From Microscilla marina ATCC 23134 (lineage in GTDB: Bacteria > Bacteroidota > Bacteroidia > Cytophagales > Microscillaceae), in contig NZ_AAWS01000006.1 of the NCBI RefSeq assembly GCF_000169175.1, forward strand, positions 263,192 through 295,532: 32,341 bases of DNA, in the 5' to 3' direction. Made by a program: the position numbers and the translations under genes. The notes beneath the pieces are model-generated. The model was not told where the DNA came from and searched no databases. It saw only the letters and a program-made list of their open reading frames with translations. Shown in pieces: positions 8,283 through 16,676 of the stretch (position 1 is its first letter; every line of letters starts with the position of its first letter).

Positions 8283-10184
8283 CTAAAAAGATACTTGTGT
8301 TTGGGGCAACCAATCAGTGATTCGTTGTTTTTCGTGTGTTGGAATAGGGTTTTTATCCAATAATAAAAAACGCAACCCCCGCAGTTTCTGTATAGTCTGG
8401 GGCAGTTTAGTAAGCTGGTTGTTTTTTAGGTTGAGCGCATACAAACTGCGCATATTACCTATGCTTTTAGGCAATTGGGTAAGTTGATTTCCTTCAAGGT
8501 TCAAATGAACTACTTTACTTAATTGCCCTATACTTTCAGGCAATTGGGTAAGTTGATTTCCTTCAAGGTTCAAATGAACTACTTTACTTAATTGCCCTAT
8601 ACTTTCAGGCAAAGCAGTTAATGCGTTATAGTTCAATGACAGTAAAAATAATTTTTTCAAGTCATATATGATTTTGGGCAATTCAGTTAGCTTATTACCA
8701 TCCACACTTAATTGATGTAAATTTTTAAGTTTGCCCAGTGACTTAGGTAATACTTGTAATTGATTGTAACTCAGGTTGAGCAAGCTAAGTCGGTGAAGGT
8801 TACCTATCCCTGGTGGTAGGTGAGTAAGTTTATTACCATCCACACTTAATTGATGTAAATTTTTAAGTTTGCCCAGTGACTTAGGTAATACTTGTAGTTG
8901 ATTGTAACTCAGGTTGAGCAAGCTAAGTTGCTGAAGGTTACTTAGCTTTGGTGGTAGGTGAGTAAGCTTATTATAGGTCAGTTTTAGCTGAGTTAATGTT
9001 AATATTTGAGTAACCTGTTGGGGGAGACATGACAATTGATTTTGTTCAAGGTTTAACTCGCGTAGCTCGCTTAGTTTACCTATAGTGGCAGGCAAAGCGT
9101 CCAGTTGGTTGCGGGCAACCGACAATACCATCAGTTGAGCAAGATTGCCTATGCTGTCAGGTAGTTTTTTCAAGTGATTGTTGCTTAAACTCAAGTGGGA
9201 AAGCTTACGCAGATTGCCTATACTTTCTGGCAAATGTTTTAATTGATTTTTCTGAAGTTTTAAATATACCAGTGACGATAACTTGGTGATTACAGCTGGG
9301 AATTTTTCTATTCGGTTATTGTCGAGTGCCAGTTTTCCTATTTGCTTTAGTTGCTGCATAGACTCAGGTAGTTGTTGTATACGACAAGACGAAAGGGTAA
9401 GGTTTTGTAAATTGCTCAAGGTTCCCATTGTTTCAGGCAATGCCTTGATCCGATCTGATTTGAGAGTAAACGTCACAAGTTTTGAAAGTTTGCCTATATT
9501 GACAGGTACACAATGAAACTTATTACCACTTAGGTTGAGTGATTTTAGAGTGGTAAGGTGGGTTATTGCCAAAGGAAACTCTGTCAGTTGATTATTGTTT
9601 AGGTTGAGTTCCTGTAGGTGGGTTAATTGGTTTATTTCAGTAGGTATTTCAGTCAAACGGTTGCTTTGCAAGCACAGAGTTTGGATTTTTGGGATTTGAA
9701 ATACCAACGGAGGTAGTTTTTCCAATCCAAACTCCAACAAGTTGAGCGTAGAAGATGACAACACTGGATGCTTAAGGTTTTGTATGTCAATGAGATTATG
9801 CTTCAAACCAAACCTATAGCCTCGGTTAATGTGTGCTATGGCAATAGACACAATCTCTTTGGCATTTACTAAAGGCGATTTACAAAACTGATTTAAAAAG
9901 TCAGATACGTCATGTTCACCCGAATAATGTTGGTAATGCAGCTTTTTAGTAAAGCGCGTAAACCCTAAAGAAGCATGTTCAGCAAACACTGTTTTCATTA
10001 TTTCCTTTACTACGTTGTTTCGATGAAATAGCGATAAAACATAAATATAGCCCAACATAGACAAGGGTACCCCATTACCAGCCATAATTTGAACTGCCTG
10101 CCCTATGTTTGTCAGATCGTTGCTGTTAATCAATTGCTTGAGCTTTTTTGTATATATGCTTTTGTCCAAAGTTCCATCCATCAT
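8283..10184 (-). CDS. Leucine-rich repeat (LRR) protein with about 20 repeats, internal perfect duplications, and a unique ~180-aa N-terminal domain
   Basis: 633 aa. 23-aa LRRs throughout. The exact 23-aa unit LTQLPESIGQLSKVVHLNLEGNQ occurs twice. The 46-aa unit LQVLPKSLGKLKNLHQLSVDGNKLTHLPPGIGNLHRLSLLNLSYNQ occurs twice. No signal peptide. Confidence 0.85.
   Translation of the reverse strand: MMDGTLDKSIYTKKLKQLINSNDLTNIGQAVQIMAGNGVPLSMLGYIYVLSLFHRNNVVKEIMKTVFAEHASLGFTRFTKKLHYQHYSGEHDVSDFLNQFCKSPLVNAKEIVSIAIAHINRGYRFGLKHNLIDIQNLKHPVLSSSTLNLLEFGLEKLPPLVFQIPKIQTLCLQSNRLTEIPTEINQLTHLQELNLNNNQLTEFPLAITHLTTLKSLNLSGNKFHCVPVNIGKLSKLVTFTLKSDRIKALPETMGTLSNLQNLTLSSCRIQQLPESMQQLKQIGKLALDNNRIEKFPAVITKLSSLVYLKLQKNQLKHLPESIGNLRKLSHLSLSNNHLKKLPDSIGNLAQLMVLSVARNQLDALPATIGKLSELRELNLEQNQLSCLPQQVTQILTLTQLKLTYNKLTHLPPKLSNLQQLSLLNLSYNQLQVLPKSLGKLKNLHQLSVDGNKLTHLPPGIGNLHRLSLLNLSYNQLQVLPKSLGKLKNLHQLSVDGNKLTELPKIIYDLKKLFLLSLNYNALTALPESIGQLSKVVHLNLEGNQLTQLPESIGQLSKVVHLNLEGNQLTQLPKSIGNMRSLYALNLKNNQLTKLPQTIQKLRGLRFLLLDKNPIPTHEKQRITDWLPQTQVSF
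8470..8607. repeat. Perfect tandem duplication, 2 x 69 bp, inside the LRR gene
   Basis: ggcaattgggtaagttgatttccttcaaggttcaaatgaactactttacttaattgccctatactttcag is repeated head-to-tail. 69 bp equals one 23-aa LRR. Confidence 0.9.
8693..8968. repeat. Near-perfect tandem duplication, 2 x 138 bp (~94% identity), inside the LRR gene
   Basis: tattaccatccacacttaattgatgtaaatttttaagtttgcccagtgacttaggtaatacttgta... recurs with an offset of exactly 138 bp. 138 bp equals two LRR units. Confidence 0.85.
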
Positions 10185-10530
10185 AGTATTATTAAAGTAT
10201 GCTTGTTCAATAAGTGTAGTAGCTCTGTTCTATCTTTGAATTATATAATAATAAAAAAATAACTAAAAATAAGGCGAAACAGGCAGGTTATTCATTTTGG
10301 ATAAACCACCATTGATACTTAGGGTGATTTTTTTTACTTTTTGGCAAAACAAATTTACAATTAAATTGTTATTTTTGTTGTGCCCTCCTCATTTTCATAA
10401 TAAATAATCTACTTTTTACTTACATAAAACCCTGAAAAGATATGAATTTTACTATTTTTGTAAAACTCAATACTTACTATTTAAAATTACTCTTCATTGA
10501 TAAGAGAGTTTTAAAGATTCAACGCATTAT

Positions 10531-12093
10531 ATGGCAAAAAAACACAAACATGTCCTACACAAAGAAAACTATCTAGGGAATTTACAATTTGACTTACCCG
10601 CTGGCTTAGTAGTTTTTCTGGTAGCTATCCCCCTTTGTTTGGGCATAGCACTAGGTTCACAACCCAAAGATGCCGGCTTAAGTTTCCCTATTTTCGCTGG
10701 TATTATTTCGGGTATTATTGGTGGCATCATTGTTCCCATTCTTAGTCAATCGCAACTGAGTGTAAGTGGTCCAGCTGCCGGGCTTACTGCGGTTGTAGCT
10801 GCTGGTGTATTTACTATTGGTTCATTTAATGGCTTTTTAGTAGCAGTATTTCTTGCCGGGCTTATTCAAATATTACTAGGTGTTTTACGTGCAGGTTTCA
10901 TTGCTTATTATATTCCCTCCTCTGTCATTAAAGGAATGTTAGCAGCCATTGGTATCACACTTATTCTCAAAGAACTCCCCCACGCCATAGGTTACGACCC
11001 CAAACAATTTTCTCTTGCCTTTCATGACAACAGCCACGAAAACACATTTACTGCCATTGTACACGCTACTGAGCATGTAGAATGGGGAGCATTGATTATT
11101 ACAGTTATTTCGCTCATTATTATGATTACCTGGGACTACAGTCGCTTAAAAGACTTTAGATGGGTGCCTAGTGCGCTTATTGTAGTAGTATTAGGAATAG
11201 TATTAAACGAAGTAGTATTAAATGGTGCCTTGCCTGCGTTGAAGCTTAACAACACACACAGGGTAAGTTTGCCTACCGAAGGCATTTTGAGTGGCTTATC
11301 GTTTCCTAATTGGGATTATTTATTTAAAAAAGAAGTGTGGATTATAGCAGTAACCATTGGTCTGATTGCCAGTGTTGAGACCCTTCTTACTGTAGAGGCA
11401 GTAGATAAATTAGACCCTTATAAACGGAAATCGCCCTTAGACAGAGAGCTGATTGCACAGGGATTGGGTAACACAATCGCTGGATTGATTGGAGGCTTGC
11501 CTATCACATCTGTAATTGTACGGAGTTCAGCAAGTATCAATGCTGGAGGACGTACCAAGATGGCTGCTTTTTTCCATGGGTTATTTTTGCTTATATCAGT
11601 GTTGTTTATCGCCCGTTACCTAAACCTGGTTCCATTGGCAAGTTTGGCGGCTATTTTATTAGTAGTAGGCTACAAGTTGGCAAAACCTTCAGTGTTTAAG
11701 CTTATTTATAAAAAAGGTTGGGAGCAATTTATCCCTTTTCTTATTACGATTGTTTCTATACTCCTGACCGATCTACTGGTAGGAGTCACCATTGGTATTG
11801 TAGTAGGACTGTTTTTTGTAATTCGTTCTAATTTTCATTCTTCTATTTCGGTTACCAAAGACGGCGATCATGTATTGGTTCGTTTCAACAAAGATGCTTC
11901 TTTCCTGAACAAACCTTTGCTGTTGGATGCCCTCGAGAGCATAGAAGAGAACAGTCACGTAGTGATAGATGGCACTCGTGCCCAATATATGGATAGCGAT
12001 ATATCCGAACTACTGGATGAGTTTCAACAAGAAGCCAAACTTAAAAACATTAAAGTTGAACTACGCAATGTCACCAAGTTGATCCCTGTGTAG
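10531..12093 (+). CDS. SulP-family inorganic anion transporter with C-terminal STAS domain
   Basis: 520 aa. N-terminal SulP signature region (LVAIPLCLGIALGS, SVSGPAAGLTAVV). About 10-12 TM helices. The C-terminal ~110 aa are an anti-sigma-antagonist-like STAS domain (VLVRFNKDASFLNKPLL...DISELLDEF). Confidence 0.85.
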   Translation: MAKKHKHVLHKENYLGNLQFDLPAGLVVFLVAIPLCLGIALGSQPKDAGLSFPIFAGIISGIIGGIIVPILSQSQLSVSGPAAGLTAVVAAGVFTIGSFNGFLVAVFLAGLIQILLGVLRAGFIAYYIPSSVIKGMLAAIGITLILKELPHAIGYDPKQFSLAFHDNSHENTFTAIVHATEHVEWGALIITVISLIIMITWDYSRLKDFRWVPSALIVVVLGIVLNEVVLNGALPALKLNNTHRVSLPTEGILSGLSFPNWDYLFKKEVWIIAVTIGLIASVETLLTVEAVDKLDPYKRKSPLDRELIAQGLGNTIAGLIGGLPITSVIVRSSASINAGGRTKMAAFFHGLFLLISVLFIARYLNLVPLASLAAILLVVGYKLAKPSVFKLIYKKGWEQFIPFLITIVSILLTDLLVGVTIGIVVGLFFVIRSNFHSSISVTKDGDHVLVRFNKDASFLNKPLLLDALESIEENSHVVIDGTRAQYMDSDISELLDEFQQEAKLKNIKVELRNVTKLIPV

Positions 12094-12126
12094 TCTTCAT
12101 CAGGAAAACATAAAAACCAAGCAATA

Positions 12127-12162
12127 ATATCAGGCAACCTGCCTGATATTGTCGCTTTTTTT
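12127..12162. terminator. Bidirectional terminator between convergent SulP and glycosyltransferase genes
   Basis: atatcaggc / gcctgatat is a 9-bp stem with a 5-nt loop. It is followed by a T8 run on the plus strand and by an A/T-rich run on the minus strand. Confidence 0.55.
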
Positions 12163-13159
12163 ATAGCATTTCTTTTAGTTTTTCTGTAAAAATATAGTCA
12201 AGAATTTGTTGGGTTTGGTTGGGGTAATCTTTATGTACTATGGGAGTGTGAGCTAACCAATCTTTGAGTGTTTCGCTAAAGTCTTTGTTTATTTTTCGTA
12301 CTACTTTTATTCCTAAACGTCGCATTGCTTCAGCATTACACCATTGTTCATACTGTCCCAAAATAGGCAAAACCAATAGTTTTTTGCCTAAGGTAATGGC
12401 CTCAGCGGGACCCTCAAAACCAGCCCCAGTAATCATTCCTGATCCACTGGCAAGGCTTTGCATGAATGCCTGCCCGTCTATAGGGTGCAAGGTTACATTT
12501 TTATGTATTTCTTTGTGAGTACAATGTTTAGAGAATAAGTCAAAGCGTGTATCGGTAACTTTGAGCAGGTGAGGCACTACTTGCTGGTGATGGTAGTGCG
12601 ATAAATAAATAGTATAGTGGTTTTGCTGATCAAAAGGAAGAGTATATAACTCTTTACGTAAGATAGGCAGGAAAATATTCTGGTCGTATTTATCAAAGTG
12701 TAAGCCTACATAATGGCTTGCTGGGGCATAACGTTTCAATACTGCTTCACCTATCAGGTCAAAATGCTTAGGGCGTGGTACAGCCTTAGATTGAAACGAT
12801 GCTTGATGCCCAAAACCCAGGCAAGGTTTTTTTTTGAGACGACAAGCCCAGGCAGTAATAGGTTCAAAGTCATTGAGTACCACATCATACTGTTCTATTG
12901 GAAACTGTCTCATTTCTTTGTATGCCCTGCTAAACTGCAGCTCACGCAGGGTAGTCCAATAAGCAAGCCCTCCTTTTTTGGTATAGCTAAAAGTAATGCC
13001 TTTACTTTTATACTTAATATCATAAGGTATTTTTACCTGTGATTTGTTGCCACTCAAAAACACATCAACCTCCCCGTACTGTTGTAATAAAGGAATAAGT
13101 TCTATGGCCCGGCTTACATGCCCATTGCCTGTGCCTTGTACTGCGTACAAAATTTTCAT
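12161..13159 (-). CDS. Glycosyltransferase of the MJ1255 / GT1-GT28-like family
   Basis: N-terminus MKILYAVQGTGNGHVSRAIEL matches the conserved start of the MJ1255-type uncharacterised glycosyltransferase family. 332 aa. The C-terminal half has a GT-B-like nucleotide-sugar binding pattern (GSGMITGAGFEGPAEA). Confidence 0.65.
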   Translation of the reverse strand: MKILYAVQGTGNGHVSRAIELIPLLQQYGEVDVFLSGNKSQVKIPYDIKYKSKGITFSYTKKGGLAYWTTLRELQFSRAYKEMRQFPIEQYDVVLNDFEPITAWACRLKKKPCLGFGHQASFQSKAVPRPKHFDLIGEAVLKRYAPASHYVGLHFDKYDQNIFLPILRKELYTLPFDQQNHYTIYLSHYHHQQVVPHLLKVTDTRFDLFSKHCTHKEIHKNVTLHPIDGQAFMQSLASGSGMITGAGFEGPAEAITLGKKLLVLPILGQYEQWCNAEAMRRLGIKVVRKINKDFSETLKDWLAHTPIVHKDYPNQTQQILDYIFTEKLKEML

Positions 13160-13290
13160 TGGTTTTTGGCTTGCTTAATAACCATCAAACCTACAAAGCG
13201 TTTGCCTGAAACCCAAATGTCACTTCTTGAAACCAGGTCTTATACAATGTTATTACAGCAATTCCCTGGTTTGTATACAGTTAAAATTAT

Positions 13291-14130
13291 TTAAACAAAC
13301 ACTGTTTCGTGAATTACTTTTTCTATGTGAAAATTTTCTTCTTTAGACTTCATCTTTGTTTGTTTCTTATCTTTTTTGACTTGTGTTTCATCGTATTGGT
13401 ACAACTTCCAGGTACCATTGTTATACTCCAACGACGTTAGGTTTTCTATCCAGTCTCCGCTGTTTAAATACAATACCTCTCCTTGTTTTTGGGTGTTTTG
13501 CATTACTTTTATCTGTGGTTGGTGAATGTGTCCACATATCAAATAGTCAAAGTTATTCTCAATGGCAAGGTCAGAAGCTACCTGTTCGAAGTCTTGAATA
13601 TATTTGATGGCACTTTTTACACTATTTTTGATCCGTTTGGAAAGCGACATCTTCTCTCTGCCCATTTTGGTAAGCACAAAATTAACTAAGCTATTGAGCA
13701 TAATAAGTAAGTCGTAGCCAATGCCTCCTAAACGGGCTAACCATTTGGCGTTTTTCATTGTTGCATCAAACACATCTCCGTGAAAAATCCAAGCTTTTTT
13801 ATCGTCTATAGTCAGTGACATCTTGTCTAACAAGTGAAAGTTGCCAATGCTGGCGTTAGAAAAACGGCGTAACATTTCGTCGTGGTTTCCAGTGAGGTAA
13901 TATACTTCGGTGCCATCCAGCAACATATTGATTACTTGTTTGATTACGGCAAAGTGAGTTTTAGGCCAAAATCGTTTGTTAAACTGCCAAATGTCTATAA
14001 TATCACCGTTGAGAATAAGCTTCTTAGGCTTGATGCTTTTTAGGTAGCGGGTAAGTTCTTTTGATTGGCAACCATAGGTGCCTAAGTGTACATCAGAAAT
14101 TACTACAATTTCTACATCTCTTTTGTTCAT
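13291..14130 (-). CDS. LpxH-like metallophosphoesterase (UDP-2,3-diacylglucosamine diphosphatase family)
   Basis: Calcineurin-like phosphoesterase motifs: VISDVHLG (DxH), LNGDIIDIW (GDxxD), GNHDE (GNH[DE]), and ICGHIH. 279 aa. Confidence 0.75.
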   Translation of the reverse strand: MNKRDVEIVVISDVHLGTYGCQSKELTRYLKSIKPKKLILNGDIIDIWQFNKRFWPKTHFAVIKQVINMLLDGTEVYYLTGNHDEMLRRFSNASIGNFHLLDKMSLTIDDKKAWIFHGDVFDATMKNAKWLARLGGIGYDLLIMLNSLVNFVLTKMGREKMSLSKRIKNSVKSAIKYIQDFEQVASDLAIENNFDYLICGHIHQPQIKVMQNTQKQGEVLYLNSGDWIENLTSLEYNNGTWKLYQYDETQVKKDKKQTKMKSKEENFHIEKVIHETVFV

Positions 14131-14253
14131 AATGTATGGAGTATGGAGTGTAGGTCAAATGTAGGATTTTTTTAAGACGAATCGGTTAGCGCAAGGTCAA
14201 GCTTATTTTATCGAAAAAGCAAGGATAGGAACAAATGCAATCTCCAGACAACC

Positions 14254-14291
14254 TTACCTTAGCACTGACTTAATACTAAGGTAACTTTTTT
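14254..14291 (+). terminator. Plus-oriented terminator-like hairpin with no annotated plus-strand gene upstream
   Basis: ttaccttag (14254-14262) and ctaaggtaa (14276-14284) form a 9-bp stem with a 13-nt loop. A T6 run (14286-14291) follows. The element abuts the Uma2 stop codon, but it is in the wrong orientation to terminate that minus-strand gene. Confidence 0.3.
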
Positions 14292-14859
14292 AAAACTTCA
14301 CCTTCCTATAAATATCTTTAACCGTTAGATGGAGGTTCAATTGTACAAGTGTGATGGTATCTTCAGGTTGTTGATAGGTGGTATATTTCCAAAAACCTTC
14401 TTGTCGTTCGTATACTTCTACAAAATACTTGTATTGATCGATGAGTATATAATAACGCAAAGAAGGTATGCGCATATAAGTATTTTGCTTTTGGTCTTTG
14501 TCATATTGCCGGGTAGACTTAGACAAAACCTCTACCACCAAAGAGGGGGATGTGATCTTGTGATCTTGCCCATCTTCTAAGTCTTTTGGGGCACAGGTAT
14601 ACACTACATCTGGGTATACATAATGGGTATTAGCTAATATTTCTACTTTGATGTCGCCAGTGAAAACATCGCAGTCATCAGAAATTAAGTTGTCGATAAG
14701 GTGATGAGTATTATTGGCAATACGGTTATGATTGATTGTACCGCCTGACATGGCAAATACTTCTCCATGATAGTACTCATAACGTGTACCGTCGGTTTGC
14801 TCCAAATCAAGGTACTCTGGGTAAGAATAATGTGTTTGTTTAGGTTTTGCTTGTCCCAT
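14290..14859 (-). CDS. Uma2-family (DUF820) PD-(D/E)xK endonuclease-like protein
   Basis: N-terminal YSYPEYLDLEQTDGTRYEYYHGEV and the internal SPSLVVEVLSKST...D...Q block are hallmark Uma2 motifs. 189 aa. There is a paralog at the 3' edge of the window. Confidence 0.8.
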   Translation of the reverse strand: MGQAKPKQTHYSYPEYLDLEQTDGTRYEYYHGEVFAMSGGTINHNRIANNTHHLIDNLISDDCDVFTGDIKVEILANTHYVYPDVVYTCAPKDLEDGQDHKITSPSLVVEVLSKSTRQYDKDQKQNTYMRIPSLRYYILIDQYKYFVEVYERQEGFWKYTTYQQPEDTITLVQLNLHLTVKDIYRKVKF

Positions 14860-14970
14860 AATATTTTGCTTTTGTCAAATATACATAAAATTCTTCATAA
14901 CATTTTACCCCCACGGCTAGTTTAGCAGGCAGTGTAAAAATTGTATTTTCACCCAAAAAACATTCATTAT

Positions 14971-15135
14971 TATGTTAGGAATATTTAAGAAAAAAACTGC
15001 CAAACAAAAATTAGAAGCCAAGTACCAAAAATTACTCAAAGAAGCTTATGACCTATCAACGACCAATCGTATGGCAAGCGACCAAAAACAGGCTGAAGCA
15101 GCAGAAGTGCTTAAGCAAATAGAGGCAATGGAATA
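14971..15135 (+). CDS. Lacal_2735-family micro-protein (54 aa)
   Basis: Hand-translated ORF, below the 60-aa ORF-track cutoff: MLGIFKKKTAKQKLEAKYQKLLKEAYDLSTTNRMASDQKQAEAAEVLKQIEAME. It matches the conserved MxGxFKKK...KLxxKYxKLLxEAxxLSTxNR...A pattern of this Bacteroidota-specific family. ATG start, TAG stop. Confidence 0.55.
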
Positions 15136-15191
15136 GTAGGGGGGCAAGCTTTTTTTGAAGAAAAAATAAAAATTGATGTAACCTTCTGTAT

Positions 15192-15803
15192 TTGCTGAAG
15201 TTACCCCTACTAAATGACTTAATAAAACAGGAGGTGCACTTGGATGCTATTTCAGACAATGGATTGATGCTTAAAGTAAAGAATGGCGATGTAGACAAGT
15301 TGGGGTTGCTTTTTGAACGCTACAATAAAGCTTTGTTTGGCTTTTTTTATAGAATGACCCAAAACGCTAAAACCAGTGAAGACCTAGTACAAAATGTATT
15401 TTTGCGTATACTCAAGTACAAGCATACTTTTACTGGTGAGGGTAAGTTTACTACCTGGATGTATCATTTGGCGCGGAATATCAGCATAGATCATCATAAA
15501 AAACAAAGTCGTATGGGCTACAAAGATGATCTCAGCCAATGGGAAAACCAGTTACCTGAAGAGGTAAGCACAGAAGATAAGATGTACCAACAAGAAGACA
15601 TTCGCATGCTAAATGCTGCTTTAGGGCGGCTATCGCCTGAAAAACGTGAAATATTGATTTTGAGCCGTTACCAAGGACTTAAATACAAAGAAATAGGTGC
15701 ATTGATGGATTGCAGTGAGGGAGCTGTAAAAGTGCGGATTCACCGGGCTTTGAGCGACTTAAAGGACATTTACAAAAAGCTTGAAAAGAACCAACAACTA
15801 TGA
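15192..15803 (+). CDS. ECF-type RNA polymerase sigma-70 factor (sigma-24 family)
   Basis: Region 2 (LVQNVFLRILKYKHTFTGEGKFTTWMYHLARNISIDHHKK). Region 4 HTH (REILILSRYQGLKYKEIGALMDCSEGAVKVRIHRALSDLK). The track start at 15192 is TTG. The ATG at 15267 (MLKVKNGDVDKL...) is the more likely start. Confidence 0.9.
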   Translation: MLKLPLLNDLIKQEVHLDAISDNGLMLKVKNGDVDKLGLLFERYNKALFGFFYRMTQNAKTSEDLVQNVFLRILKYKHTFTGEGKFTTWMYHLARNISIDHHKKQSRMGYKDDLSQWENQLPEEVSTEDKMYQQEDIRMLNAALGRLSPEKREILILSRYQGLKYKEIGALMDCSEGAVKVRIHRALSDLKDIYKKLEKNQQL

Positions 15804-16639
15804 AGAAAGAACACTATCAGATATTAATGACTGAGTACCTTAATGGTGATATTCAACCTGAGCAAGAGGCAGAACTTAAGGCATACCTTGAGCAAAATGA
15901 AATGGGTAAAAATGAGCTGTTTGAGCTAAAAGTACTCAATGATCAGTTGGAACAAGTACAAGTGCCTGAACCTAGTGCGCAAATGTCGGCAAACTTCTAC
16001 AGTATGCTTGAGGCGCATAAACAAGATCAAAAAAACAGCGATAGTTTGGGGGCAATGCTCAAAAACTGGTGGACACACCTAAACTATCGTCGTTTTGCCT
16101 ATAATTTGAGTTACAGCATTGCAGGTATATTGGTAGGAGCATTGGGTATGTATTATTTCAGTCAATCACCTCACCGTCCTCAAGGCAAAGAAAATGAAAA
16201 TGTAGGATCACTTGCCGTGATTCAAAAGAAACTGAACAAGATGGAAGAAGATCAAAAAAGGTTGATTTCTTCTTTGCTGGAAAAGAAATCTGCCAGCGAA
16301 AGGTTAAGAGCGGTAAATCTTACCAGCAACATTTCTGTGGTAGACAATAAAATTACCAAGGCATTGCTCAAAATTCTTAATAGTGATCCTAATGTAAATG
16401 TACGCTTGACTACTGTAGAAACTTTAGCTCAATTTGCTGCTCGTCCAGAGGTACGTACTGGTTTGATCAAGTCTATTGCCAAACAAGAGTCTCCTTTGGT
16501 GCAAATAGCACTGATTGATGTAATGATTGAACTACAGGAAAAAAGCTCTGTAAAGGCACTCAAAAACCTGCTTAAAAAACAAGACCTTAACGAGGCTGTG
16601 AAAGGCAAAGTAGAACAAGGCATTCAGGTTTTGCTTTAA
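15800..16639 (+). CDS. Anti-sigma factor candidate: N-terminal cytoplasmic region, one TM helix, periplasmic C-terminal HEAT-repeat domain
   Basis: 4-bp overlap (ATGA) with the ECF sigma gene. TM segment FAYNLSYSIAGILVGALGMYYF. The C-terminus has about 3 HEAT/PBS-lyase-like repeats (RLRAVNLTS...KALLKILNSDPNVNVRLTTVETLAQ...). Confidence 0.6.
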   Translation: MKKEHYQILMTEYLNGDIQPEQEAELKAYLEQNEMGKNELFELKVLNDQLEQVQVPEPSAQMSANFYSMLEAHKQDQKNSDSLGAMLKNWWTHLNYRRFAYNLSYSIAGILVGALGMYYFSQSPHRPQGKENENVGSLAVIQKKLNKMEEDQKRLISSLLEKKSASERLRAVNLTSNISVVDNKITKALLKILNSDPNVNVRLTTVETLAQFAARPEVRTGLIKSIAKQESPLVQIALIDVMIELQEKSSVKALKNLLKKQDLNEAVKGKVEQGIQVLL

Positions 16640-16676
16640 ACGATGTCCACTCAGACAATAAGTTTACCTGAGTGAC

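Noticed and set aside
8283-10184. Possibility that the regular about 69-bp periodicity represents a CRISPR array
   Set aside because: The repeats are in-frame coding LRR units with a continuous ORF. They are not separated by unique spacers, and no cas genes are present.
15056-15298. Minus-strand ORF 15056-15298 overlapping the Lacal_2735 gene and the sigma-factor start
   Set aside because: Low-complexity translation antisense to two genes with recognisable family signatures.
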